Below are positions 20,391 to 32,200 of a stretch of DNA of 64,000 nucleotides, in pieces. The stretch is from assembly GCA_963815195.1 (NCBI GenBank), contig CAWFGE010000007.1, positions 288,001 through 352,000 of the forward strand, read 5' to 3'. A program made the position numbers and the translations under genes. This DNA comes from an uncultured Planctomycetaceae bacterium. GTDB lineage: Bacteria > Planctomycetota > Planctomycetia > Planctomycetales > Planctomycetaceae. The notes beneath the pieces are model-generated. The model searched no databases. It was given only the letters and a program-made list of their open reading frames with translations, and was not told where the DNA came from. Positions within the stretch are counted from its first letter, which is position 1; the number at the start of each line of letters is the position of its first letter.

Positions 20391-21158
20391 ATGCGCGAAC
20401 GTCTTTTGGTCACCCTCTGCACCTACAACGAACGGGAAAACATCCGGGGACTGATTCCGGAAATCCACAAGCATGCCCCGGACGCGGATGTCTTGGTGAT
20501 CGACGACAACTCCCCCGACGGCACCGGGGCGTTGGCGGACGACATGAGCCAGGGCGACGGCCGGATCGCCGTGCTGCATCGGCCGCGGAAAGCCGGTCTG
20601 GGGGCCGCGACGCTCGCGGGTTTTCGCCACGCGATCGAGCATGGCTACGATTTTGTGATCAACATGGACGCCGACTTCAGCCACCCGCCGAGCGCGATGC
20701 CCGCGCTGCGGGCGGCAATGGAAACGGCCGACGTCGCGATCGGCTCCCGGTACATTCCCGGCGGCGGGATTCGCGGTTGGGGCTGGCTTCGGCATTTCAT
20801 GAGCCGGGGCGTGAACTGGTACTCCCGGCTGCTATTGGGCCTTCGCACCCGCGATAACAGCGGCAGTTACCGCTGTTACCGGATTTCCAATCTCGCGGAA
20901 ATCGATTTCGGCCGCGTGCGATCCAAAGGCTATGCGTTCCAGGAAGAAATCCTCTACCGCTGCCGGCGCGCGGGCTGCCAATTCGCGGAAACGCCCATCG
21001 TGTTTGAAGACCGCCGGTATGGATCATCCAAAATCAACCTTTGGGAAGTCCTCACAGCGCTGTGGGTCATCTTCCGCCTGGGCGTGGACAACTTTCTGGG
21101 CGTTCCCGTCACCGCCCTGCCCAAAACCGAACCGTCCAATGCGGACAGCGATGTTTGA
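20391..21158 (+). CDS. Polyprenol monophosphomannose synthase (GT2, DPM1-like)
   Basis: TYNERENI, IDDNSPDGT, MDADFSH, GSRY and GYAFQEE. Confidence 0.93.
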   Translation: MRERLLVTLCTYNERENIRGLIPEIHKHAPDADVLVIDDNSPDGTGALADDMSQGDGRIAVLHRPRKAGLGAATLAGFRHAIEHGYDFVINMDADFSHPPSAMPALRAAMETADVAIGSRYIPGGGIRGWGWLRHFMSRGVNWYSRLLLGLRTRDNSGSYRCYRISNLAEIDFGRVRSKGYAFQEEILYRCRRAGCQFAETPIVFEDRRYGSSKINLWEVLTALWVIFRLGVDNFLGVPVTALPKTEPSNADSDV

Positions 21159-21180
21159 GTCCAGATTTCACTCAGAAAAT

Positions 21181-21286
21181 GTGAGCGGCACGGCGTAGCC
21201 GCCGGTCTTGATGCTTATCGTTGATCAAAGCCGGCGGCTAGCGCCTTGCGTTGATCAAAGCCGGCGGCTAGCGCCTTGCCGCTCAC
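21181..21286. repeat. REP family B pair with a 30-bp tandem duplication of the right arm
   Basis: GTGAGCGGCACGGCGTAGCCGCCGG, then CGTTGATCAAAGCCGGCGGCTAGCGCCTTG x2. Confidence 0.85.
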
Positions 21287-22114
21287 TCAATCGTGGCTAT
21301 GTTCCGCCGCGGGGAATTCGCCCGAGAGGACTTCTCGCAGGTAGCGATCGGTGGCCGCGAGGACGGTGGACTTTAAGTCGGCGTAGCGTTTGAGGAACTT
21401 GGGTTCGAAGCCGCTTGTCAGGCCGAGCATATCGCAACTGACGAGCACCTGCCCGTCGCAATGGGCCCCCGCACCGATGCCGATGGTGGGGATGCTCAAT
21501 TCCGCCGTGATCGCCTGGGCGATTTTTTGGGGGATCAGTTCCAGAATGATCGCGAACGCCCCGGCTTTTTCGGCGGCGCGGGCGTCGGCGAGGAGTTGCT
21601 TTTCGTCGCGGGCGATTTTGGCCATCGTGCCCAACTTCCGCACGGACTGCGGCCGCATGCCGATGTGGGCCATCACCGGCAGGTCGGCCGAGGCGAGGGC
21701 TTCCATCGTGCCCGCCTGCTTGACGCCGCCTTCCAACTTGACCGCCGCCGCCCCGGTCTCCTTCAAAATCCGCCCCGCGTTGCGAATGGCCTGCGTCGGC
21801 GACTCCTGAAACGACATAAACGGCATGTCCGCAATGACTAACGCATATTTCGCCGCGCGGGCCACCATCTCGGTGTGGTAGATGATCTGATCCAGCGTGA
21901 CGGGCAAGGTGGTGGAGTGCCCCTGCACGACCATCCCCAACGAATCGCCGACGAGCAAACTGTCGACGCCCGCCTCATCAAAAATCCCCGCCCAGAGAAA
22001 ATCGTACGCGGTCAACATCGTCAATTGGCGGCCGTTTTTCTTGGCCGCCTGAAACCGCGGGATCGTCATCGGCTTGCGAGGCGAGGCGGACGAGGAATCG
22101 AGATAGGTGGGCAT
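21287..22114 (-). CDS. panB: 3-methyl-2-oxobutanoate hydroxymethyltransferase
   Basis: MLTAYD, LVGDSLGMV, ADMPF, VKLEGG, IPTIGIGAG and DGQVLV; start placed at MPTYLD (uncertain). Confidence 0.96.
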   Translation of the reverse strand: MPTYLDSSSASPRKPMTIPRFQAAKKNGRQLTMLTAYDFLWAGIFDEAGVDSLLVGDSLGMVVQGHSTTLPVTLDQIIYHTEMVARAAKYALVIADMPFMSFQESPTQAIRNAGRILKETGAAAVKLEGGVKQAGTMEALASADLPVMAHIGMRPQSVRKLGTMAKIARDEKQLLADARAAEKAGAFAIILELIPQKIAQAITAELSIPTIGIGAGAHCDGQVLVSCDMLGLTSGFEPKFLKRYADLKSTVLAATDRYLREVLSGEFPAAEHSHD

Positions 22115-22350
22115 GGCGAAGCGGTTTTCCATTCGAGGATTGCGATTCACCCCAAGTATCGGATTCGGCCCTCCGCCTGACAAGTGGTTGCACACAGTTT
22201 TCGCGGACGCGGCCGGAAGCGAATGACGCAATCTGATCCGCGCAGAATCAAACACATGTTGCGTTTTGCAACAGCCTTCCCGAGGAAACCCGCGAAGGCG
22301 GAATCGGTTGTAATTTTTTCAAATCCCATCTGCCAATGTGTTTGCGTCGA

Positions 22351-22489
22351 TATACTAACTCCGGGGCGACCTCTTGGCACGAAACATGCTTTCCAATGGG
22401 GCAGTCAAAAAGTTAAGCGTTGGCCCGCACTTGCTTTTTGATCAATTTCGAGCGTCTCAAGCAATTTGTTGTTTGAGACGCTTTTTTTT
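22351..22489 (+). ncRNA. Candidate small RNA or leader: TATACT box, hairpin and strong intrinsic terminator
   Basis: -10-like TATACT at 22351; stem TCAAAAAG/CTTTTTGA (22405-22441); 14-bp stem at 22451-22482 running into T8; no + strand gene immediately upstream. Confidence 0.4.
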
Positions 22490-22693
22490 GCGCGCACATT
22501 CCGATTCGAGGCGTATACATATCTTGTCCGCGCTCTTTCACCTCTCCAAATCCGTGGTTGATCACCACACAAACAGATCATCGGCGTCCGCCCCCCCGAT
22601 TCGCCGGAAGAGGCTTAGAAAACTGTCACGCGCGGCGGAAGTTGTTAGAATGAACAAAAACCAATCCGCCGGTCTTTTCACAGGTGCGATCGG

Positions 22694-23881
22694 ATGAAAG
22701 TTCTTCTCTCCTTCTGCCTGCTCGCAATCGCCGGGTCTGCCTGGGCGGAGGAACCGGTTCTGAATCGCCCGGTTCCCGATCGGCTGACTGGGGCCCCCCT
22801 GCGGAAGGCGCTCGCGACGTACTTCAGTTCCTCATGGGAGAACGAGGAACTGCGGATCATTCTCCATCGGCTGGCAGACGAGTATAAAACCGCCGTGCTT
22901 CTCGATCGCAGCCTCGATCCCAATCAAAAATTGACCCTGGATATTGGCTACCAAGCGCTGTCGTCGGGCTTCGGGGCGGTGGCTCAATCCGCGTCCGCGG
23001 GGCTGTGCCTGGCCGGGAACACCATGTACATCGGCCCGCCCGAGCGTGCCGCGAAGCTCCGGACGCTGATGTCCCTGCGATCGCAAGAGCCGATCGCCGC
23101 GGAAGCCAAGCTCCCGCCCGGACGCGGTTTGGCGCTGTCGCGGGTCGAGACGGTGCATTGGAACGATCTGGACGAACCGAAGCGGATCGCGATCGATTTG
23201 GCGAAGCGGGCCGGCGTGAGCATCGTCAATCCCGAAGCCATTCCGTACGACCTCTGGGCGTCGGCCACGATTCCACAAGCCAGCTTCGCGGAAGCGATGT
23301 CGCTGATTTTGATTCAATTCGATCTCACGTTCGCCTGGAACGCGGACACGACGAAAATCCAACTGGTTCCGGTCCCCAAGAGCGTGGGCGTGGAAAAATC
23401 CTATTCGCCAGCCGGCGGTCCGAGCCAGCGGGCGTCCGCCGCGGTTCGAGAGCGGTTCCTCGAAAGCGTCGCCAAAGCCTACAATCAGCAATTCCCCGGC
23501 ATCACTTGCCGGGTGGATGTGGAGCACCATCAGATCTGGATCAAAGCCACTCTGGAACAGCACGAGGCCCTCAGAAACGCCGGCCAGGCCAAGCCCCAAG
23601 CCAACCCCCCCGCGGCCAAGGTCCCCCCGGTCCGCCGGCGGGAATTTACGCTCCGCATCGAACAAGTGAAGGCCGGCGACCTGTTCAAGAAACTCGAAGA
23701 GACGGGCATCAACATGAAATATGATTCCCGGCAACTCGCCGCGAAGGGCATCGATCTCGAACAGCGGATTAACATCGATGTGGAAAAAGCGAAGGCCGAC
23801 GAGTTCTTTCGCACGATCTGCGATCCCTTAGGGCTGAAGTTCGCGATCGACAACCTGACCGTGACGCTTACGCCGAAGTGA
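22694..23881 (+). CDS. Exported hypothetical protein with STN-like repeats
   Basis: Signal peptide; repeated helix-strand modules (LRIILHRLADEYKTAVLLDR; FFRTICDPLGLKF). Confidence 0.7.
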   Translation: MKVLLSFCLLAIAGSAWAEEPVLNRPVPDRLTGAPLRKALATYFSSSWENEELRIILHRLADEYKTAVLLDRSLDPNQKLTLDIGYQALSSGFGAVAQSASAGLCLAGNTMYIGPPERAAKLRTLMSLRSQEPIAAEAKLPPGRGLALSRVETVHWNDLDEPKRIAIDLAKRAGVSIVNPEAIPYDLWASATIPQASFAEAMSLILIQFDLTFAWNADTTKIQLVPVPKSVGVEKSYSPAGGPSQRASAAVRERFLESVAKAYNQQFPGITCRVDVEHHQIWIKATLEQHEALRNAGQAKPQANPPAAKVPPVRRREFTLRIEQVKAGDLFKKLEETGINMKYDSRQLAAKGIDLEQRINIDVEKAKADEFFRTICDPLGLKFAIDNLTVTLTPK

Positions 23882-23937
23882 CGCTCATCATCCAGCGGGT
23901 TCTGGCTCGGCGCAAATCGATTTTATCGACACAACCG

Positions 23938-25114
23938 CTAACCCGGGGCCGCCAATCGCTTGAGCGCCTGATCCAGATGAAACCGCTCCACGCCCATCGC
24001 GGATTTGAGTTCCCGGGCCCTCTTTTCCGCTTCTTCTGACGCAGGCGACACCCCGTCCCGGCGGACGGCCCGGATGAGCACGTTTTTCGCGGTGTGCTCC
24101 ATGTCGATGAACTCCACAACCTGCACCTTGTAACCCAGGCGTTCGAGGGCTTGGGCGCGGAGGGCGTCGGTCAAGATCGCGGCCAGGCGGTCTTTGAGGA
24201 TCCCATGCTGCGTGACCGCCGGCAAAAACTCCGCCGGAAGTTTCGATGCAATCTCGTGCTGACAACAAGGCACGGCGAGAATGACCTCGGCGTTCCAGGC
24301 GACGGCTTTGGCGATCGCCTCATCGGTCGCCGTGTCACAGGCATGCAGCGACACCGCGAGATGCACGCGGTCTTCCTCATGTTCCCCAATGTCGCCCACG
24401 CGAAATTCCAGACCCGCCAGGTTCAGACGGTCCGCGATTTTTTGACAATCCCGAATCACGCCAGCTTTAAGGTCCAGGCCCACGATCCGCACCTCCCGCT
24501 GATGGATGTTCGTCAGCAAATGATGGAGCGCGAACGTGAGGTAACTCTTCCCGCAGCCAAAATCCACGACGTTCAAAACCCCCTCGCGGGGCAGGTGGGG
24601 AATCACATCGTTCACCAGTTCGAGATACCGGTTGATCTGGCGGAATTTTTTGTAGCGGCTGGCTTTGACGCCGCCGGCGGTGGTCATCACCCCGATCTCG
24701 GCCAGAAACGGGCAGGGCTGGTTATCGGGAATCAGATACTGCTTGGCCCGGTTGTGGGGTTCCTCGCCAGCGGGCTTTTGTTTGCTCGGCGGGGACGTGG
24801 TGATTTTCACTCGGCCTTTGCGGTTCACGCGGGCGGCATAATCGGCCTGCGACGTGAACACATGCCCGTCGGCAAAAACCTCCCCAAACAGCCGTCCCGC
24901 CTTGGCGAGAGTTTCCTCCGGCGAGAGATTTTCATGGATCTCCTGCCCGTTCCTGCGCGGCCCATTGGTAATGCCGGCGTCCGCGAAGCTCCACCGGCCG
25001 CACAGTCCATTTGTCCTCGGACACCGCGCACGCCGCGCAGGGTTTGCTGAGCACCAGCCCCAGCAAATCCTCCTCCGCCAACGCGGTTTTCAAAATGTCT
25101 TCAAACCGTTGCAT
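23938..25114 (-). CDS. Class I SAM-dependent methyltransferase (Methyltransf_32-like); frameshift near 24945
   Basis: HNRAKQYL, KKFRQINRYLE, VVDFGCGKSYLTFA, LHACDTATD, PCCQHE and EFIDMEHTAKN; the N-terminus LVLSKP..VRPVELRG..YQ is in another frame. Confidence 0.88.
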
Positions 25115-25217
25115 GCTGGTATTAAGCGGTAGGCGTTGAAAGAACCGACGAGTCGTCTCAATGATCCATTAGATCATAGCCGCAAACCAAATCGAGGGAA
25201 GCAACAGGATTCGTATT

Positions 25218-25271
25218 AGCCCGAACCGCCAGCGAGGGAATAGGTTACCCGCCTCGCTGGCGGTTCGGGCG
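25218..25271. repeat. REP-like pair (GCCCGAACCGCCAGCGAGG...CCTCGCTGGCGGTTCGGGC)
   Basis: Perfect 19-bp inverted repeat. Confidence 0.75.
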
Positions 25272-25419
25272 AAGTGAGAATCACGCAAAACGTATGCCTC
25301 TCGTCAAATTTCCTTGCGGAATGTCCGCTTGTTGAGGAAGGGGGCGGCGTCTATACTTCCAGTGTTCGCCCGACTTCAAGCGGGCCGGTTTTTTGATTGA
25401 AAAAATGGGTGGATTTACG

Positions 25420-26892
25420 ATGACCAAACGAATTCTTGCAGCCTTGAGCACCGTGTGTTTGATCGCATTGGGCGGTTGGCTGCTGCTGCGAACCGAGCCC
25501 GCCGTCGCCGCCAAACCCGATTGGCTCACCGATCTCGCCCAGGCCCAAAAAATCGCGGCCAAGGAAAACAAGGACCTGTTGATCAACTTCACAGGCTCGG
25601 ACTGGTGCGGCTGGTGCATCCGGCTGCGGGAAGAAGTCTTCGACAAGCCCGGCTTCGAAAAAGCCAACGACAATTTCGTCATGGTCGTGATGGATTTTCC
25701 GTCCGACGAAACCCTCGTCCCGCCCAAGACCCGCGAGCAGAACGAAATCTGGAGCAATCGCTTCGGCGTCCAAGGCTTTCCGACGATCGTCCTCGCCGAT
25801 GCCCAGGCCCGGCCGTATGGCACGTTGGGCTACACCCCCGGCGGCCCCAAGGCGTTTTTAGCCGAGTTGGATCAAGCCCAAAAAATCCGCCAATCCCGCG
25901 ACGAGATTCTGGCCCAGGCGGACAAAGCCCAAGGCGTCGCCAAGGCCAAGCTGCTCGATAAAGCCCTGGAAAAAATCCCCGCCAACTACCGCCTGCCGAT
26001 GTACAACAGCCAGGTGAAGGACATCATCGCCCTCGACACTCAGAACCAGGCCGGACTCAAATCCCAATACACCAAAGTCCTGCAGGAAGCGGAAGCCGAG
26101 GAATTCCTGAAAAAACTCCAGCAAGCCGTCCAAGTGGCGTATGAAAAAGACGGCCAGGATGCGGCCCTCAAACTGGTGGCCGATGCCCTCAACAGCAAAA
26201 ACGCCCAGTCCAACCCGGTGCTGCGGAGCCAACTCGCCAATGCGGAAGTGAATCTGCTCGTGTCGTTCGAGAAAACGAACCAAGCGCTGGCGAAGCTGGA
26301 AGCGCTGGTCGCAGACAAATCCGTGTCCAAAGAGGATCGAAAAACGTTCCGCCAATTAGAGGCCCAGTTGCTCAAGGACTCGGGCCAGACCGAAGCAGCC
26401 CTCAAAGTCTATGACGCCCTGCTCGCCGATGCGGATGCCGCGCCGGGCGAGATTTTAAAATATCTGACCGACAAGGCGGAAGTCCTGGCGGGGGCGGATC
26501 GGCCGAAAGAAGCGCTGGACGCGTACAACGCGGCCCTCAAGAAAACGAAGAAAGGCACCGACGAATGGCTGATCGTGCAGGTCAGCCGCGGCGATTTGCT
26601 CGCGAAATCCGAGCAGCCGAAACAAGCCGCGGGCGTGTTTGACGAGATGTTGACCTTGGAAACGCTGCAACCGATTCAAGAGGCGATGCTGCTGGTCCGC
26701 TCCGCCGAAGCCCACCACGCCGCCGGGCAAACCAAGGAAACGGAAACGCTAAGCCAAAAGGCGAACAAGATTTTGAAAGACCTCGCCAAAGCCGAGAAAT
26801 ACCCGCCGCAACTCTTGGAAGAACTCCAAGGCCGCGTGGACGCGCTCGGCAAGAAAGAGGACACGTCGAAGGCGGAGAAAAAGTCGGAATAA
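25420..26892 (+). CDS. Thioredoxin-family (disulfide isomerase-like) protein fused to a TPR-like helical region
   Basis: Signal/anchor; FTGSDWCGWC and GVQGFPT; long helical repeats at the C-terminus. Confidence 0.88.
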   Translation: MTKRILAALSTVCLIALGGWLLLRTEPAVAAKPDWLTDLAQAQKIAAKENKDLLINFTGSDWCGWCIRLREEVFDKPGFEKANDNFVMVVMDFPSDETLVPPKTREQNEIWSNRFGVQGFPTIVLADAQARPYGTLGYTPGGPKAFLAELDQAQKIRQSRDEILAQADKAQGVAKAKLLDKALEKIPANYRLPMYNSQVKDIIALDTQNQAGLKSQYTKVLQEAEAEEFLKKLQQAVQVAYEKDGQDAALKLVADALNSKNAQSNPVLRSQLANAEVNLLVSFEKTNQALAKLEALVADKSVSKEDRKTFRQLEAQLLKDSGQTEAALKVYDALLADADAAPGEILKYLTDKAEVLAGADRPKEALDAYNAALKKTKKGTDEWLIVQVSRGDLLAKSEQPKQAAGVFDEMLTLETLQPIQEAMLLVRSAEAHHAAGQTKETETLSQKANKILKDLAKAEKYPPQLLEELQGRVDALGKKEDTSKAEKKSE

Positions 26893-26927
26893 TCGAAAAC
26901 CGTGAGCAAGCGAGACGAGGTGGGCAG

Positions 26928-27269
26928 ATGCTTCCCAGATGCATTGTGCTTCAAACGCCGGCTTCTGACCATCTGGGCTTCCTGCTGCTCGTACCCGGTG
27001 ACCTCACGCATGGAGATTGTATTTTCAGCATTATTCCCAAAAACCCCGCCGTGTTTGACCACCCATCGGCGCAACAATTGTTTCCACGCCGCGATGTTGG
27101 CGAAAGCCGTTACACGCTCGATTGCCAATCCGGTTTCCAATTACGGATTGTCTCTGCCGGTTTGCCGGATCTCATTATCGAACTCGACGAAAATGGGAAG
27201 GGCATTTGGCGCGATGATGTCCCTGAAACGAATGGCGGCTGTGCATTGATCCCGACTCAAACCGAGTAA
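26928..27269 (+). CDS. Orphan hypothetical protein (113 aa)
   Basis: GAGGTG RBS before the ATG; globular-looking composition; visibly lower GC than its neighbours. Confidence 0.4.
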   Translation: MLPRCIVLQTPASDHLGFLLLVPGDLTHGDCIFSIIPKNPAVFDHPSAQQLFPRRDVGESRYTLDCQSGFQLRIVSAGLPDLIIELDENGKGIWRDDVPETNGGCALIPTQTE

Positions 27270-27371
27270 CTGATTAACGCCGCTCTCGCCAATTCATGAT
27301 CTTGCCGCTAGAAATGCCGATGTTCTCGGCGCTGTTTCCACACTCTTTTTACGAATTTCCCCCAACAGGCA

Positions 27372-29045
27372 ATGTCACAACAGTATATCTTTACCATCGA
27401 AGGCCTCACCAAGCAGTTTGGTGAGAAGGAAGTTCTGCACAACATCTGGCTGGCGTTTTATCCCGGCGCGAAGATCGGCGTATTGGGCAACAACGGGGCG
27501 GGGAAAAGCTCGCTCCTGAAGATCATGGCCCTCGAAGACACCGACTTCATGGGCACCGCCCGGCCGATGAAGGGGATTCGCATCGGCTATTTCCCGCAGG
27601 AGCCCCGGCTCGACCGTTGGGAAACCGTTGAGGAGTGCATTCAAGATGCGGTCGGGGAATCGCAGGCGATTCTCGACCGCTACAACGACATCAACATGAA
27701 ACTCTGCGAAGACCTCTCGCCCGAGGAGATGGAAAAGCTGCTCGAAGAGCAGGCCAAGGTGCAGGATCAAATCGACGCCGCGAATTTGTGGGAACTGGAC
27801 CGCCTGGTCGAGATGGCGATGGATGCGATGCGGCTGCCGCCCGGCGATGCGAAAATCGACCACCTCTCCGGCGGCGAGAAGCGGCGGGTCGCCTTGTGCC
27901 GCTTGGTGCTGCAAACGCCGGATATGCTGCTCCTCGATGAGCCGACGAACCACCTCGACGCCGAGTCCGTGGCTTGGCTCGAGCGGTATCTGCACGAATT
28001 CCCCGGCACCGTCGTCGCGGTCACGCACGACCGGTATTTTCTGGACAACGTCGCCGGCTGGATTTTGGAACTCGACCGCGGCCACGGCTATCCGTACGAG
28101 GGGAACTACACATCCTGGCTCGAACAAAAGCAGGCCCGGCTCGCGGTGGAGCAAAAACGCGAAAGCCGTCGGCAAAAAGAACTCGCCCGCGAACTCGAAT
28201 GGGTCCGCATGTCGCCCAAAGCCCGGCAATCCAAAAACCGGGCGAGACTCCAGCGGTACGAACAACTTGCGGCCCAAGCCTACGATGCCCGCGACGAGGC
28301 CCCGGACATCCAAATCCCCGTGGCCCGGCCGCTCTCCGATCTGGTCGTGCGGGCGGAGAACGTTTCCAAGGCCTTCGGCGATAAGCTGCTGTTCGAGAAC
28401 TTGAATTTCGATCTGCCCCGCGGCGGGATCGTCGGCGTGATCGGTCCCAATGGGGCCGGCAAGACGACGCTGTTCAAAATGATCGTCGGGCAGGAAAAAC
28501 CCACCCGCGGCGAGTTGCGGATGGGCGATTCGGTCGAATTGTCTTACGTCGATCAAACCCGCGATGCTTTGAACGATGACAAAACCGTCTACGAGGAAAT
28601 CTCCGGCGGCGTCGATCAACTCGACGTGGGCGGCGTGCGGATTCACGCCCGGGCCTACTGCGGGCGGTTCAATTTCAAAGGCCCGGACCAGCAAAAGAAA
28701 GTCGGCAAGCTCTCCGGCGGGGAACGCAACCGCGTGCACCTGGCGAAGTTGTTGCGGTCGGGCGGCAATTTGCTGCTGTTGGACGAACCCTCGAACGATC
28801 TCGATGTGGACACCCTGCGGGCGCTCGAAGAGGGCCTGATGAACTTCGGCGGCTGCGCAATGGTCACCAGCCACGACCGCTGGTTCCTGGACCGCATCGC
28901 CACGCACATTCTCGCGTTTGAAGGCGACAGCCAGGCGGTTTGGCACGAAGGCAACTACGAAAGCTACGAAGCCGACCGCCACGCCCGCCTGGGCGAAGAC
29001 GCCGACCGCCCGCACCGCGTCCGCTACCGCCCCGTGGCGCACTGA
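27372..29045 (+). CDS. ettA: Energy-dependent translational throttle protein (ABC-F)
   Basis: [18 protein letters not shown]; two ABC cassettes; [15 protein letters not shown] linker; PHRVRYR tail. Confidence 0.96.
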   Translation: MSQQYIFTIEGLTKQFGEKEVLHNIWLAFYPGAKIGVLGNNGAGKSSLLKIMALEDTDFMGTARPMKGIRIGYFPQEPRLDRWETVEECIQDAVGESQAILDRYNDINMKLCEDLSPEEMEKLLEEQAKVQDQIDAANLWELDRLVEMAMDAMRLPPGDAKIDHLSGGEKRRVALCRLVLQTPDMLLLDEPTNHLDAESVAWLERYLHEFPGTVVAVTHDRYFLDNVAGWILELDRGHGYPYEGNYTSWLEQKQARLAVEQKRESRRQKELARELEWVRMSPKARQSKNRARLQRYEQLAAQAYDARDEAPDIQIPVARPLSDLVVRAENVSKAFGDKLLFENLNFDLPRGGIVGVIGPNGAGKTTLFKMIVGQEKPTRGELRMGDSVELSYVDQTRDALNDDKTVYEEISGGVDQLDVGGVRIHARAYCGRFNFKGPDQQKKVGKLSGGERNRVHLAKLLRSGGNLLLLDEPSNDLDVDTLRALEEGLMNFGGCAMVTSHDRWFLDRIATHILAFEGDSQAVWHEGNYESYEADRHARLGEDADRPHRVRYRPVAH

Positions 29046-29249
29046 GTCTTGTGCCACGGGCATTTGCGAAGAATCTTCGCAGACGGGGTAGGCAAAGCAG
29101 GGAGAAATTGGGTAGGCTTGAGGACTGCGCGAAATTTGGGAATGTCTTCTTCAATTTCCGCGGTCGAGACTTTTCACATTTGGCGATGACGGCCAATCGC
29201 ATACAATGGGAATTTTGCATCTGGGAACCTAACGGGCAGGGAGCCGTTT

Positions 29250-32200
29250 GTGACGTTAACAGAACTTCTGGAAAATAAATTTCGGGCGGATCTCAGGTTT
29301 CGCGGGGAAACCTACGTCAAAGCCGAGCGCGTCTCGCTGATTCGGATAACGCCGGACCAGGTGTTCGGCATCGTGCAGGACAGCGTCGAGTACGAAACCC
29401 AGCTCAGCCGCGACGATTCGCAGCTCAAAATGTATTGCACCTGCGAAGCCTTTCAGCGGTCCGGGGTGTGCAAGCATCTGTGGGCGACGATTGTGGCGGT
29501 GCAGGAAGCCGGTCTCGTCGCGGGGGCGGTTCGTCCCGGGCATATCCCACCGTTCGCCGCCGAGATGGAACCCAACTTCCTCGCCGGCAGCATCTGGGAC
29601 GAAGACGACGAACTCGACGACCTGAGCGACGTCTATCATCCTCCCGCATCCGCGGCCGGCGGGAACGGCCAGAGCGCGGTGCACGTCAAGCCCCGGCTCA
29701 GGCCTTGGGAAGCGAAACTCCAGGAGCTTCGCGGCAAGATGCAGACGAACGAACCCGCCGCCCCGAACGCCGGCCGGGAGCGGGAGATTTTTTACGAGAT
29801 CGACGTCAGCGATAGCCGGTCCGTGGGCCAGTTGGTGATCCAGACGTCCCAGCGGCAACGCCGGGCCAACGGGCAGTGGGGAAAACTCAAGCCGCTCAAA
29901 CTCCGTCCGGGGAAGCTCGATGAAGTCGAGCACGAGGACGACAGCAAGATCCTCGCGTATCTGTCCGGCGGCACGCCCGAGCGGACCAACTGGCACGCGC
30001 AGCAGGCGGAGATTCAAACCGCGGTTTACCGCTACCGGGTGCCCTTTGAATTGAGCGAATTGATCCTCCCGCTGATGTGCCACACCGGACGGGTACGGTA
30101 TCTCGATTCGCACGAAACCGACCGGCAAAACTTGGAATGGGACGACGGCCCCGCGTGGGAACTCACGATGCGCATCGCGCTGGATCAGGACCAGGACGAG
30201 TGGAAGCTCGAGGGCCTGCTCAAACGCGACGAGGAATCGATGCCGGCCCGGAAAGCGGTGCTCATCGTGCCCGGCGGGTTGGTGCTAACGCACACCAAGA
30301 TCGCCCGTCTCCGGGATTTCGACGCCTTCGATTGGATTAACGTCTTATCATCGGAAAATGCGCTCCGCGTGCCCCACGGCGAGCAGCAGGAGTTGGTGGA
30401 CACGCTCTTCGACATGCCCACGCTGCCCCGGTTGGAACTGCCCGAAGAACTCCAGCTTGAGGAAATCACCTGCGATCCGAAGCCGCAACTCACGATCCAA
30501 TCGCCCCGCGGCAAGCGCTGGCATTTGGAGCGGCTCCAGGGCCAGGTGCATTTCGATTATCTGGAGTCCCTGGTCCCGGCGAGCAGTTCGCAATGGGCCT
30601 TGGTGCAGCGCGAGCAGGGGCGGTGCATCTTGCGGAACCGCGATCAGGAAGACGAGGCCTGGGCGCAGCTTCATGAATTGGGATTTCGGCGGATGCTCGA
30701 CCAGCGCCGCCGGGGCCACGATGTCGAAATCGCCGCCCGGTTTTTGGGGCCGGCCGTTCGGCGGTTGATGGAGCTCGGCTGGCAGGTCCACGCCGACGGC
30801 AAGCAGGTCCGGCAACCCGGCGAGTTCAACTTTCGGATCAAATCGGGCATCGACTGGTTCGAACTCCACGGCGAAGTGCAGTTCGAAGGCCAATCGATCT
30901 CCTTCCCCGAACTGCTCTCGGCCCTCGCGCGGGGCGACAGCACGGTCCGGCTCAGCGACGGTTCGTTGGGGATTCTCCCGGAAGACTGGGCGAAAAAGTT
31001 CGGACTTCTGGCGGGGCTGGGCGTGGCCGAGGAAGACCACATGCGGTTCGCCCACAACCAGGTCGCGCTGTTGGATGCGCTCCTCTCCGCCCAGGAGCAT
31101 GTCGAGCGGGACGAACAGTTCGAAATCCTCCGCGACCGCTTCAAAAACTTCACCGGCGTTGATCCCGCGGGCGAACCCAAAGGCTTCGTCGGCGAACTGC
31201 GCGGCTACCAGCGCGAAGGCTTGGGCTGGCTCGAGTTTCTCCAAGAGTTCCGCCTGGGCGGGTGTCTCGCGGACGACATGGGCCTCGGCAAAACGATCCA
31301 GGTCCTGGCTTTGTTGATGGACCGCCGGAAGAACCAGAAAAAGCAGCAGCCCTCCTTGATCGTGGTGCCCAAATCGCTGCTCTTCAACTGGCATCACGAA
31401 TGCACCCGATTCACGCCGCAGCTTTCGGTGCTGGAATACACCGGTCTCGACCGGGAAAACCTCCGGCCTCACTTTGAAGACCACGATGTGATCCTCACCA
31501 CCTATGGCACGCTCCGGCGGGACATCGTGCACCTCAAAGACACGCGGTTCGATTACGTCGTGTTGGACGAGGCCCAGACCATCAAAAACGCCGGCTCCCA
31601 GGTCGCCAAGGCCTCCCGGTTGCTGCAAGCCAATAACCGCGTCGCTTTGAGCGGGACGCCCATCGAAAACCACCTGGGCGATTTGTGGTCGATCTTCGAG
31701 TTCTTGAACCCCGGCATGCTCGGGCGAAGCTCGATCTTCAAAAGCTACGCCAACGACTCCGGCGACGACAACACGCGAAGCCTGTTGGCGAGTGCCCTGC
31801 ATCCGTTCATTCTCCGGCGGACCAAACGCCAGGTCGCCAGCGAACTGCCCGAAAAACTCGAGCAGACCATCTACTGCGACATGGGCCGCGAGCAACAACG
31901 GCTCTACAACGAGCTCCGCGACCATTACCGCAGCTCGCTGTTGGGACTCGTCCAAAAGCAGGGCCTGGGCAAATCCAAGATGCACGTCTTGGAGGCGTTG
32001 CTCCGGCTCCGGCAGTCCGCTTGCCATCCCGCGCTCTTGGACAAGGGCACAGAGGACGAGTCCTCCGCGAAGCTCGACGTCTTGGTGCCGCACCTTCAGG
32101 AACTCATCGAGGAAGACCACAAGGCCCTCGTGTTCTCGCAATTCACGAGCATGCTGTCGATCGTGCGGAAGCACCTGGACCGCGAAGGGATTCCCTACGA

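Noticed and set aside
26676..27140. RAYT/transposase fragment on the - strand
   Set aside because: No HUH or catalytic Tyr motif is visible, and it overlaps the thioredoxin-TPR gene.
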